This document shows positions 49,215 through 57,250 of a stretch of DNA of 64,000 nucleotides, in pieces. Position numbers and translations under genes: made by a program. Position 1 is the first letter of the stretch. Every line of letters begins with the position of its first letter. Source of the stretch: Calditrichia bacterium. GTDB lineage: Bacteria; Calditrichota; Calditrichia; RBG-13-44-9; J075. Location of the stretch: NCBI GenBank assembly GCA_028284905.1, contig JANQQU010000065.1:68128-132127 (forward strand). Direction: 5' to 3'. The notes under the pieces were generated by a model. It saw nothing but the letters and a program-made list of their open reading frames with translations, was not told the DNA's origin and ran no database searches.

Positions 49215-50093
49215 TTAACGAATAATTACCAATTTGCCACTGGCCAGCCGCTGTCCGGCAGTATTGTTGATATGATAGATATATATGCCACTACTGACCA
49301 GTCTACCGTTATAGCTATCGGTAGTCCAGGTGAAAGTATTGGCAAGATTTTCCCGGGTAAATACTGGCTCGCCAAGTTCATTAAATATTTTCAAGGTGGA
49401 CTGTGGAGGCAAATTCACAAAATTAATACCGCTTGAGAGAGTGTGTATTGCAGGGCGAAAAGGTACCGGAAAAGCGCTAATTGCGTTATTGTTTACTAAT
49501 TCACTGGCGCCATCTACAATAATTGTTATTGAGTCTACGGCGCTAAAATCGTCGGAATCGCGAACGCTTAAAAACAAAGTCTCCCGGCCCTGCCAGTATG
49601 TTGGCGCCAAAATCTGTATTATCGCGTTGCCGATGAAACGGGTAATTACATTCACAGCACCGCTGATACCCCATTGCAATTCATCGCTACTATTGTCGGG
49701 ATCGTAAGTATAACGCCCGATATCAATGTTTATAAAACTGCCCGATGATATGGTTTGGGTGTTAAGACTGTCTGGCAAGCGCATGCGGGGGATTCCGCCC
49801 TGAATGGTTTCTGAGAAAGCGCTCATACTATCCAGAGTGTTTACTGCTTTTAGACGGTAGTAATAGAGGATGCCAGCAACAACGGTGGTATCGATAAATT
49901 CGGTTGACGGATAATTAACCGTTGCAATAAGTTGCTCCGGATTCGGAAGTGTATCGCGAAAAACCAGGTAATGTGATATGTTCGGTTCCCTGTTTGCATC
50001 CCAGATAAGCTGAAATTTGCTTGTCTGTGCTTGTGCCATACTACTAATTTCCGCGAACAGAAATAAGATAATAAAAAGTTTACTGTACTTCAA
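49215..50093 (-). CDS. T9SS cargo protein with an FN3-like domain and a C-terminal T9SS sorting domain
   Basis: Signal peptide; FN3-type YYYRLKAVN. C-terminal ...GRLVSSGIYIYHINNTAGQRLASGKLVIIR resembles a T9SS C-terminal domain. Overlaps the upstream gene by 14 nt. Confidence 0.6.
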   Translation of the reverse strand: MKYSKLFIILFLFAEISSMAQAQTSKFQLIWDANREPNISHYLVFRDTLPNPEQLIATVNYPSTEFIDTTVVAGILYYYRLKAVNTLDSMSAFSETIQGGIPRMRLPDSLNTQTISSGSFINIDIGRYTYDPDNSSDELQWGISGAVNVITRFIGNAIIQILAPTYWQGRETLFLSVRDSDDFSAVDSITIIVDGASELVNNNAISAFPVPFRPAIHTLSSGINFVNLPPQSTLKIFNELGEPVFTRENLANTFTWTTDSYNGRLVSSGIYIYHINNTAGQRLASGKLVIIR

Positions 50094-51321
50094 AGAGCAC
50101 CTCCGGAGAAAATGTACTCTCTGCTTCGCCGTCTAATTTAGTGACTGAAAAAAAGAATTTACCATGCCGGTAAGGTTTTTTGAGCATAATAAACGATTGC
50201 TCAGTAGCATGCGGAGTGATACAAGTTCGATAAGTTTGGTCTTGAAAACGGGCGTAAACCAGGTAGCTAAATCCGGGTTGGTAATCCCAGGAAATTTTCA
50301 AAGAGCCCTCGGTGACTGTTACTTTAATATTCTCCGGTGGCGTCAAACGATTGACCGGGGAAGCTGAGAAATCTGATCGTTGCGGTAAGCGTCTTTTTTT
50401 CGAGGTGCGTGAAGCGAAATGAAATGTGATGCCTAACTGATGAATCGCACCGAGCTCCCCATTAGGTATCAGGGCATATTCCCAGAAAAGCTTTTTTTGT
50501 AATCGCAAATCTAAACCAAAAGAAGGGATCAGTCCTCGCTCATGCTGCCACTGAGCGCCCAGCCGAAAGCTTATATAAGGGGCAGGAAGAATCATAAAAC
50601 CACTACTATAAATTGGCGCAGTGCCAATGGTTTTAGTGTAATCTGCCGCACCAGTGAAAAAACTGCCCAATATTTGAAAGCCAATACCCGCCCGGAAAGT
50701 ACGGGGTAGGTTTGTGGATAACCGCTCATAACGGATAGCATCGCCAATGTTCTGAAGAACAGCACCGAGTCTCAGCCTGTTTCTGAAAAGTTGGATTTGC
50801 CCCCCAACATCTAATGCCGCGCCGCTAGCGGTTAGCCCGGCCAGATCATCCCGAAAAAATTTTCCGGTGACGCCTAAAGAAAGCCGGGAATTCAATTTAA
50901 ATCCAATGCCAGTACGAATAATAGAGCTGGCAACATCTATTGCGCCGATATTTTCTCCCAGCTCTCCTCGTGCCGGAATCGCCGGCATCCAGCGATGAGA
51001 AATTCCGGCAGCGACTGTCAGGCGGGATGTTAGCGGAAAGCCGAAAAGAATATTGTCGAAATTGATGTCTTCAAAGGATTCGGTGTGATGAAGGGATATC
51101 GTCGTTCGCGGTAAATCTGCCAGTCCGGCGGGATTGTAATAAAGCGCTGCAGATTCAGCAGCTAATGCACTGGAGGCTTCGCCCATCGCTGTTATTCTGG
51201 CAATAAGGGGGCTACGCAAGAAGAGGGCACCTGCCGCACCATCGGAGGTCAGCTGAGTTTGCCCGAAAGCGCTAAAGAACAGCCCGGCCAAAAGCAGTAA
51301 TATGCAAATTCGCTTGCTCAT
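50080..51321 (-). CDS. PorV/PorQ-family-like outer-membrane beta-barrel with a C-terminal FN3-like extension
   Basis: N-terminus AGALFLRSPLIARITAMGEASSALAAESAALYYNPAGLA matches the PorV/PorQ signature (aflei..gAR..gmGga..A...Da.a.ywNPAGla). The last ~110 aa (..IKVTVTEGSLKISWDYQPGFSYLVYAR..) look like FN3. Confidence 0.5.
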   Translation of the reverse strand: MSKRICILLLLAGLFFSAFGQTQLTSDGAAGALFLRSPLIARITAMGEASSALAAESAALYYNPAGLADLPRTTISLHHTESFEDINFDNILFGFPLTSRLTVAAGISHRWMPAIPARGELGENIGAIDVASSIIRTGIGFKLNSRLSLGVTGKFFRDDLAGLTASGAALDVGGQIQLFRNRLRLGAVLQNIGDAIRYERLSTNLPRTFRAGIGFQILGSFFTGAADYTKTIGTAPIYSSGFMILPAPYISFRLGAQWQHERGLIPSFGLDLRLQKKLFWEYALIPNGELGAIHQLGITFHFASRTSKKRRLPQRSDFSASPVNRLTPPENIKVTVTEGSLKISWDYQPGFSYLVYARFQDQTYRTCITPHATEQSFIMLKKPYRHGKFFFSVTKLDGEAESTFSPEVLFEVQ

Positions 51322-51422
51322 CGCATCTGGGATTCAATTAAATGAAAATACATTCGAATGGTTGAATGTCGGTAAAGCCAGGCAAAAATGAAAATATTTT
51401 TAAACAACACAATATGCATAGT

Positions 51423-53081
51423 TTATTTCGCCCGCCAATATACAGCATCAATCAGGGTTAACTTACCATCCTTGTTAATGGTATGAACGCCACGGATGTT
51501 TTCATCCCAATCTGGCAGGAAAGAATGGATTTCCCGTTCTTCGTATTCATTCGTGTTGAGCGTAATAATTTCGTTAATCTTCAGGCCATAGCCGTACCGC
51601 TTTTCGCAATTTTGCGAAGGGCGATAGATTTTTCCATCCCGCACGAATATTTTCCCGGCCGGGCGGGCTCGCCGGGTATCGGAAATAATCGGATTGAGCG
51701 GATGCGGCGTCCAATTTTGGCTGATGGGACTGTCTGAATAAAAAAGAAACAGTTCATCAAAAGTATTTGATCCTTGATTCTCTGCGATGTTGGCAAACAG
51801 CCACCATTTATCGTCATGGAAAAAGAGTGTGGCATCTACTGCCCGGATATCTTCCATTAAATTATACTGAAATTCCCATTTCTTCGGCCATTGCGTGCAT
51901 TTATACAATTCAACCGTGCGGTTGGAAGACGTTTCCGGGATCATGTAATCAACCCCTTCCCAGCGGATAATCTGCGGATAGGACATATGATAAGGCTGTT
52001 CGATAATCGTTTCCGGCTTACTATATTCACCGGACTCATTTATTGTGAAAACGGAAAGATATCCTTTCTTCGGATTAAAGAGCGCTTCTTCGATGAAGAC
52101 ATAATAGACACCATCGCGATATTCCACAAAGGGATCTGCCCATAGCCGGTCCTTGGGGGGAAGGATCTTCGTATAGCGTTTAAACTGATAATTCGTATCG
52201 TCCCCAAAATCGAAGAAAAGCATCCATTGGTAAAAATGTGATCGCTGGGCCAACTTCGATTGCAGCTGACGGCGCATGTGAGCGGCCAGCGGAAAAAACA
52301 GGCGGCTGTTCACCGGAGTGCCATAGCCATTGCGGGTGTGCATCGGTGCTGCAGAATCTTCTTTTTGAACTCTCTCGAAAAAAGCGCTTTCCCCAAACTT
52401 CTGGAGCGTTTCCAGGCGTCTGGGTAAAAAGGATATGCTTTTGTTGTAGTGTATGTTGCGGTTGCGTTTAAACGAATATTGATCGGTTGATGAGTAAGAG
52501 CGATAAATTGTTTTGTGCTTTTCCGGGGAATCATTCAACATTACCAGCGATACGCCGGTGGTCGGGTGGGTTTCCAACACTTCCCAAAGGCCATGCGGCT
52601 CTGCAGTTGCAGCGGGGTTCTCGCTGTGATGATATGCCCAAACGCCATAGCGGGCAGCTTGCAATATCGCACCTTTGATGCTGCTTTGTCCGACCTTAAA
52701 AATGACATCCAGCTTTTGTTGATGGATGGCGTCGATGTCATTTTGCTCAAAAACAGAGTCGGATTTCTCCTGCCGGGTTTTGGCAGCAATAACTGGTATA
52801 TCCGCCAGCAGTGTTTTCACATCGAATGGCTTGAAAGCGTTTGGCTGCGGATTGTAGCGCGCATTTTCGAAGTCAAGGAATTTCCGGTAAAGCAAGCTGC
52901 TAAGATTCTGGGGAGGGGCGATTCCCCAGTCTTCTTTGCAACCATTTGTATTATGAATAATGGTAGTGAAAGTTGCATAATCACTGTTCATAATTCTGGA
53001 GACGACCTCGTAGGCCCAGAAAGGAATTTGAAAGTTGTCTATCAGTAAACCTATCTTGAGTTTCTCAGAAGTTGTATGCAT
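51423..53081 (-). CDS. Two-domain protein: formyltransferase-like N-domain + GH43-like five-bladed-propeller C-domain
   Basis: N-domain GVWAYHHSENPAATAEPHGLWEVLETHPTTGVSLVMLND aligns with the formyl-transferase core (iNiHpSLLPryrG...tGvTihlvd). C-domain WADPFVEYRDGVYYVFIEE ... VDATLFFHDDKWWLF resembles GH43/GH130-type blades. Confidence 0.5.
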   Translation of the reverse strand: MHTTSEKLKIGLLIDNFQIPFWAYEVVSRIMNSDYATFTTIIHNTNGCKEDWGIAPPQNLSSLLYRKFLDFENARYNPQPNAFKPFDVKTLLADIPVIAAKTRQEKSDSVFEQNDIDAIHQQKLDVIFKVGQSSIKGAILQAARYGVWAYHHSENPAATAEPHGLWEVLETHPTTGVSLVMLNDSPEKHKTIYRSYSSTDQYSFKRNRNIHYNKSISFLPRRLETLQKFGESAFFERVQKEDSAAPMHTRNGYGTPVNSRLFFPLAAHMRRQLQSKLAQRSHFYQWMLFFDFGDDTNYQFKRYTKILPPKDRLWADPFVEYRDGVYYVFIEEALFNPKKGYLSVFTINESGEYSKPETIIEQPYHMSYPQIIRWEGVDYMIPETSSNRTVELYKCTQWPKKWEFQYNLMEDIRAVDATLFFHDDKWWLFANIAENQGSNTFDELFLFYSDSPISQNWTPHPLNPIISDTRRARPAGKIFVRDGKIYRPSQNCEKRYGYGLKINEIITLNTNEYEEREIHSFLPDWDENIRGVHTINKDGKLTLIDAVYWRAK

Positions 53082-53167
53082 TTCTGGTTCCTTGATTAAA
53101 TTCGCTTTGATCCCTCTTTTTCGAAAAGAACGCCTGCTCTAAAAGAAAAAGGTGACATGAAAATAGT

Positions 53168-54286
53168 TTACAGACTTAGCATATATGTGTCCGATTCGCC
53201 TAATGTAATATGCCAGTTTTTAAGATTTTTGAGGTGATCGTTTTCAACAGACGCTTTCTCCAGATTACCGATCATAAAGGCTTTCCCATCTGTTGGAAAA
53301 AAGAGGCAGCGTCTCAGCGTTTTACCCAGCACTGGCTGACTAAAGACACCACGTAATGAATGTAACCCCTTTTGGCGGCAATATTTAGATGCAGCATTGA
53401 TGAGTGCTGCAACGGTTGCTTTATCGGATGGATTTGCCATAAGATCGATGAGAATACCAACTGGCGTATCTTTCTGATACGGCGAGGGAGAGACGATCGT
53501 GTATCCGGATAAATTGCCATTCCGGTATGCGGCGAAAATTACCTCCCGGCGATACGGGCGATCGATATATTTCCAGTTCAGATACGCTGCTGACTTATTA
53601 ATACTGAAGCCGTTTTGCCGGGAAAGTGTTGTTGCCAATGTGCTGAAAGCATCATCAAATCGTTCCACCCGGGATACAGTAACGCTGCGTCCCCGGCTGC
53701 CTAACAGCAGTATATCAATGCCGCTCAGGGTGGCAGAAACCAGCGGATTCATCAACTTCACCAATCCGTTGAACTTTAGCAGGCGTTTTAATTCCCGCTG
53801 TGGATTGAGTGGTTTGGCGAAACCGGGGATGGTGCATTCATAATAATTAAAGCGACGATGAATTTGCAAATTTAGCGGCGTCATACCAAACAGGCAGAAA
53901 AAATTAGGCGAAGATTTTTCGATATGTTTTGCTAATGCCCGGGTCAGCCAGAATCCCATTCCTTTTTCCCGGCAGCGTGGATCAACGTAGAGATCATGGA
54001 CATAATAGCTGTTTTGCGTCGCACCGTTAATAAGGAAAGAGACCGGCATCCGGCCATGGTAGGCAACAATTCCTTCCGGAGATTCCACTACAAAATAGGT
54101 TGGTTCGCCGTTCGCATAAGGGTTATGAAATGCCAACCACTGCATTAGCTGCAGGCGAATATCCCTATTTGACTGTGGGAGATCATCGCGGGTGCGAATC
54201 AAGCGGCTGACTTCCACCATGTCATCCGGCCGTAATGCCCGGATGGAGAAATTTTTCATGACATCTTGTTTGGCTGCGTTATTCAT
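53168..54286 (-). CDS. GNAT-fold acyltransferase, two-domain (GNAT + FemAB-like)
   Basis: N-terminal acetyltransferase core YYVHDLYVDPRCREKGMGFWLTRAL. The C-terminal half has a second acyl-CoA N-acyltransferase-like region. Confidence 0.6.
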   Translation of the reverse strand: MNNAAKQDVMKNFSIRALRPDDMVEVSRLIRTRDDLPQSNRDIRLQLMQWLAFHNPYANGEPTYFVVESPEGIVAYHGRMPVSFLINGATQNSYYVHDLYVDPRCREKGMGFWLTRALAKHIEKSSPNFFCLFGMTPLNLQIHRRFNYYECTIPGFAKPLNPQRELKRLLKFNGLVKLMNPLVSATLSGIDILLLGSRGRSVTVSRVERFDDAFSTLATTLSRQNGFSINKSAAYLNWKYIDRPYRREVIFAAYRNGNLSGYTIVSPSPYQKDTPVGILIDLMANPSDKATVAALINAASKYCRQKGLHSLRGVFSQPVLGKTLRRCLFFPTDGKAFMIGNLEKASVENDHLKNLKNWHITLGESDTYMLSL

Positions 54287-54393
54287 CGATCGCCATTAGT
54301 GATGGGTGCTGAAGTGTAAAAAAGAAAGCCCAAAAGCGCTAACTTTTGAGCTTTCCATGCTTCGATAACCATCCGGCATCATGCCGTCCGGTT

Positions 54394-54552
54394 CTAGAAG
54401 AGGGTATAAATAAATGGTGCGATGGCGGATCCTTCCGTCAGGTAAATTAGTGCACTTAAGAGTATTAAAAACAAAAAAATAGGTGTTAACCACCATTTCT
54501 TCCGCACTCTTAAAAACTGCCAGAACTCCGCAATAATCGATAACTTGCTCAT
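54394..54552 (-). CDS. DUF5989-family small membrane protein (SxtK-like), 52 aa; absent from the ORF track
   Basis: Translation of the minus strand gives MSKLSIIAEFWQFLRVRKKWWLTPIFLFLILLSALIYLTEGSAIAPFIYTLF*, with AAGGAG 6 nt upstream. This matches the conserved small-protein family found downstream of NodU/CmcH-type carbamoyltransferases. Confidence 0.7.
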   Translation of the reverse strand: MSKLSIIAEFWQFLRVRKKWWLTPIFLFLILLSALIYLTEGSAIAPFIYTLF

Positions 54553-54573
54553 CGGATGCTCCTTTGTATATCA

Positions 54574-54990
54574 TTAAAACTGTTGTTCATACCGGGTTTT
54601 CTCGAACGGTACATCTTCCCGGTATTGCCAGTATGTATCCACAGATTTGTCCCATTTCACGTCGAGGAAACTCTTGCCGAAGAGTTTACCAATATAATGG
54701 ATTGAAGTAAATCCGATAAAAAACAACGCGCTGAGAATTAAGCGTGTCATAAACCAGCCAAGAATAACAGCGAAGGTCATCCAGGCTTTCTGAAAAGGTT
54801 TTAACAGCGTCGGTAAAATCAGCCCGAAAATCATTAAGGCGGCACCGGGAACAAGAAAATAAATAAAACTGGCTTTCTGATACCAATATAATGCGCCGGC
54901 AATTGCTACAATAACGCCGCCAACGACCAGGCCAAAGCTGCGCAAGTCTTTTTTAGTACTCGGTATATTTTTAATTTCTTCTCTCAGCAT
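54574..54990 (-). CDS. SxtJ-like small membrane protein
   Basis: 138 aa with three or four TM helices (DLRSFGLVVGGVIVAIAGALYW...). Position between the carbamoyltransferase and the DUF5989 protein matches the conserved trio. Confidence 0.5.
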   Translation of the reverse strand: MLREEIKNIPSTKKDLRSFGLVVGGVIVAIAGALYWYQKASFIYFLVPGAALMIFGLILPTLLKPFQKAWMTFAVILGWFMTRLILSALFFIGFTSIHYIGKLFGKSFLDVKWDKSVDTYWQYREDVPFEKTRYEQQF

Positions 54991-54999
54991 GATCGCTCC

Positions 55000-56820
55000 T
55001 TAATCGAGTTCGAATTCCTGTTTCCAATCGATATCGTTTTCCAGTTCCTTCTGTTCGGTTTTGTCGAGAAGATAATTCCCGAGAATTAAATAATCCATAT
55101 TGGTGCGCATGAAACAACGGTAAGCATCTTCCGGCGTGCAAACGATCGGTTCGCCACGGACGTTAAAGGACGTATTAATGACTACCGGGCAGCCATGTTT
55201 TTCATCAAATTTTTGAATCATTTGATAATAAAGCGGATTGGTTTCGGAATGAACCGTTTGCACCCGGGCGGAATAATCGACATGGGTAATGGCCGGAATA
55301 TCGGAACGGGCTATTTTTAATTTGCTCAGCCCAAAAAGCTGACTTTGATCCGAGTTCATTTTTTTCTGACGCTTTTCATGAACATCAGCGACCAGTAACA
55401 TGTAAGGACTTGCGCGATCTATCTGAAAATAATCGGATACTTTATCATTGAGTACGGAGGGGGCAAAGGGGCGGAAGCTTTCCCGGAATTTGATCTTCAG
55501 GTTCATCGTTTCCTGCATCTTCGGAGAACGGGCATCGCCGATAATCGAGCGAGACCCGAGCGCGCGTGGGCCGAACTCCATCCGTCCTTGGAACCAGCCA
55601 ATTACTTTCTCGTTGGCGATGAGATCGGCAATTTTTTCCGGAACCTCAGCTTCATCAAGTTTCTGGTAAGGGATTTTATTATCCGCCAGAAAACCACTGA
55701 TTTGCCCATTCTTGAAAATCGGTCCGAGATAGGCGCCAGCCATGGTATCGGTTTTATTATCACGAGTTCTATCGTTATCCAGATACTGGTACCAAACGGC
55801 CAGTGCCGCGCCCAGAGCGCCGCCGGCATCACCGGCTGCCGGTTGAATCCAGATATCATCAAAGTAGCCAGCACGGAGCAGTTTGCCATTGGCAACACAG
55901 TTTAAGGCGACACCGCCGGCCATACAGAGGTATGGTAAATCAAGTTCTTTACGAATATGTTTGCCCATCTTCAGCATAACGATTTCTACAACTTCCTGTA
56001 CGGAACGGGCCAGGTCCATTTCCCGCTGTGTAAGGTCGGATTCCGGCTTGCGGGGAGGTGCGCCAAAAAGTTTATGAAAATTATCGTTCGTCATAGTCAG
56101 GCCGGCGCAATAATTGAAATAGTCCATATTCATTTTGAAAGAGCCGTCTTCTTTAACGTCAATCAGTTCTTTCATAATGAGATCGGTATATTTCGGTTCG
56201 CCGTAAGGTGCCAGACCCATCACTTTATATTCACCGGAATTAACCTTGAAGCCGGTGTAATAGGTAAAAGCGGAATATAGTAAGCCAATTGAGTGGGGAA
56301 AATTAATATCAGCAACGATTTGCAGCTTATTGCCTTTGCCATATCCGTAGCTGGAAGTTGCCCATTCACCAACGCCATCCATGGTCAAAAAGGCGGCATC
56401 CTGATAGGGCGACGGATAAAATGCCGATGCAGCATGGGATTCATGATGTTCGGGAAAGAGCACTGTTCCTTCGAAATCCATGGCTTCCTGGATCATGTTC
56501 TTCATCCAAAGTTTCCGTTTGATCCAGAGCGGCATTGCTTTAATAAAGGAATTTATTCCCCGCGGTGCATAGGCGAGATAGGTTTCCAGCAGTCGCTCAA
56601 ATTTGAGGAAGGGTTTATCGTAGAAAGCGATATAATCTAAATCCTTACCGCTACCCAAGCCGCCTTCTTTTAAACAATATTTGATGGCGTTTTCCGGGAA
56701 CCGGAAGTCATGTTTTTTACGGGTAAAACGCTCTTCCTGAGCAGCAGCAACGATTTTTCCATCCTGAACCAGGCAGGCGGCACTATCGTGATAATAAGCC
56801 GATATACCAAGTATATTCAT
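55000..56820 (-). CDS. Carbamoyltransferase, NodU/CmcH family
   Basis: MNILGISAYYHDSAACLVQDGKIVAAAQEERFTRKKHD; ASKHA-like N-domain plus C-terminal YrdC-like carbamoyltransferase domain. 606 aa. Confidence 0.9.
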   Translation of the reverse strand: MNILGISAYYHDSAACLVQDGKIVAAAQEERFTRKKHDFRFPENAIKYCLKEGGLGSGKDLDYIAFYDKPFLKFERLLETYLAYAPRGINSFIKAMPLWIKRKLWMKNMIQEAMDFEGTVLFPEHHESHAASAFYPSPYQDAAFLTMDGVGEWATSSYGYGKGNKLQIVADINFPHSIGLLYSAFTYYTGFKVNSGEYKVMGLAPYGEPKYTDLIMKELIDVKEDGSFKMNMDYFNYCAGLTMTNDNFHKLFGAPPRKPESDLTQREMDLARSVQEVVEIVMLKMGKHIRKELDLPYLCMAGGVALNCVANGKLLRAGYFDDIWIQPAAGDAGGALGAALAVWYQYLDNDRTRDNKTDTMAGAYLGPIFKNGQISGFLADNKIPYQKLDEAEVPEKIADLIANEKVIGWFQGRMEFGPRALGSRSIIGDARSPKMQETMNLKIKFRESFRPFAPSVLNDKVSDYFQIDRASPYMLLVADVHEKRQKKMNSDQSQLFGLSKLKIARSDIPAITHVDYSARVQTVHSETNPLYYQMIQKFDEKHGCPVVINTSFNVRGEPIVCTPEDAYRCFMRTNMDYLILGNYLLDKTEQKELENDIDWKQEFELD

Positions 56821-57250
56821 CGTTTCATATTCCTTAATCGTTTATTAATGCTAATTTGCTAGAATGAAGTATAAAGAGCTGATGCAGCATCCCTCTTCCT
56901 TGAGTTATGAGGATATGCAACTGGTGATTTTGGTGATACGTTGGGAGTAAATTTTCTCCAATTGCTAAAATAATAGCCATAGTTTTTTTCATTCAGTTGT
57001 TATAACTCAAGATTTATACAATATAAAAAGAAAATATCCGGTTGATACTCAAAAAATGCACGATGCTTGAAAATTATGAAAGTAATTAAGAATTTCTCAA
57101 TAAATATTCATCAGGTTGATAGGCAACTCGCAGTTAATTTTAACTGAACCTGCGAAAGCGTTTCATATCATTGACAAATAAAGTAAAGTACTGTAAGATA
57201 ACGTAATATAAAGTTGCTATGAATTTCTGGCTGGTAGTGAAAGGACCTAA

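Noticed and set aside
54296-54574. 92-aa minus-strand ORF from the ORF track
   Set aside because: A different frame on the same strand encodes a 52-aa DUF5989-family protein with a perfect RBS. The 92-aa product has no signal or motif and covers the same DNA, so the short conserved peptide is preferred.
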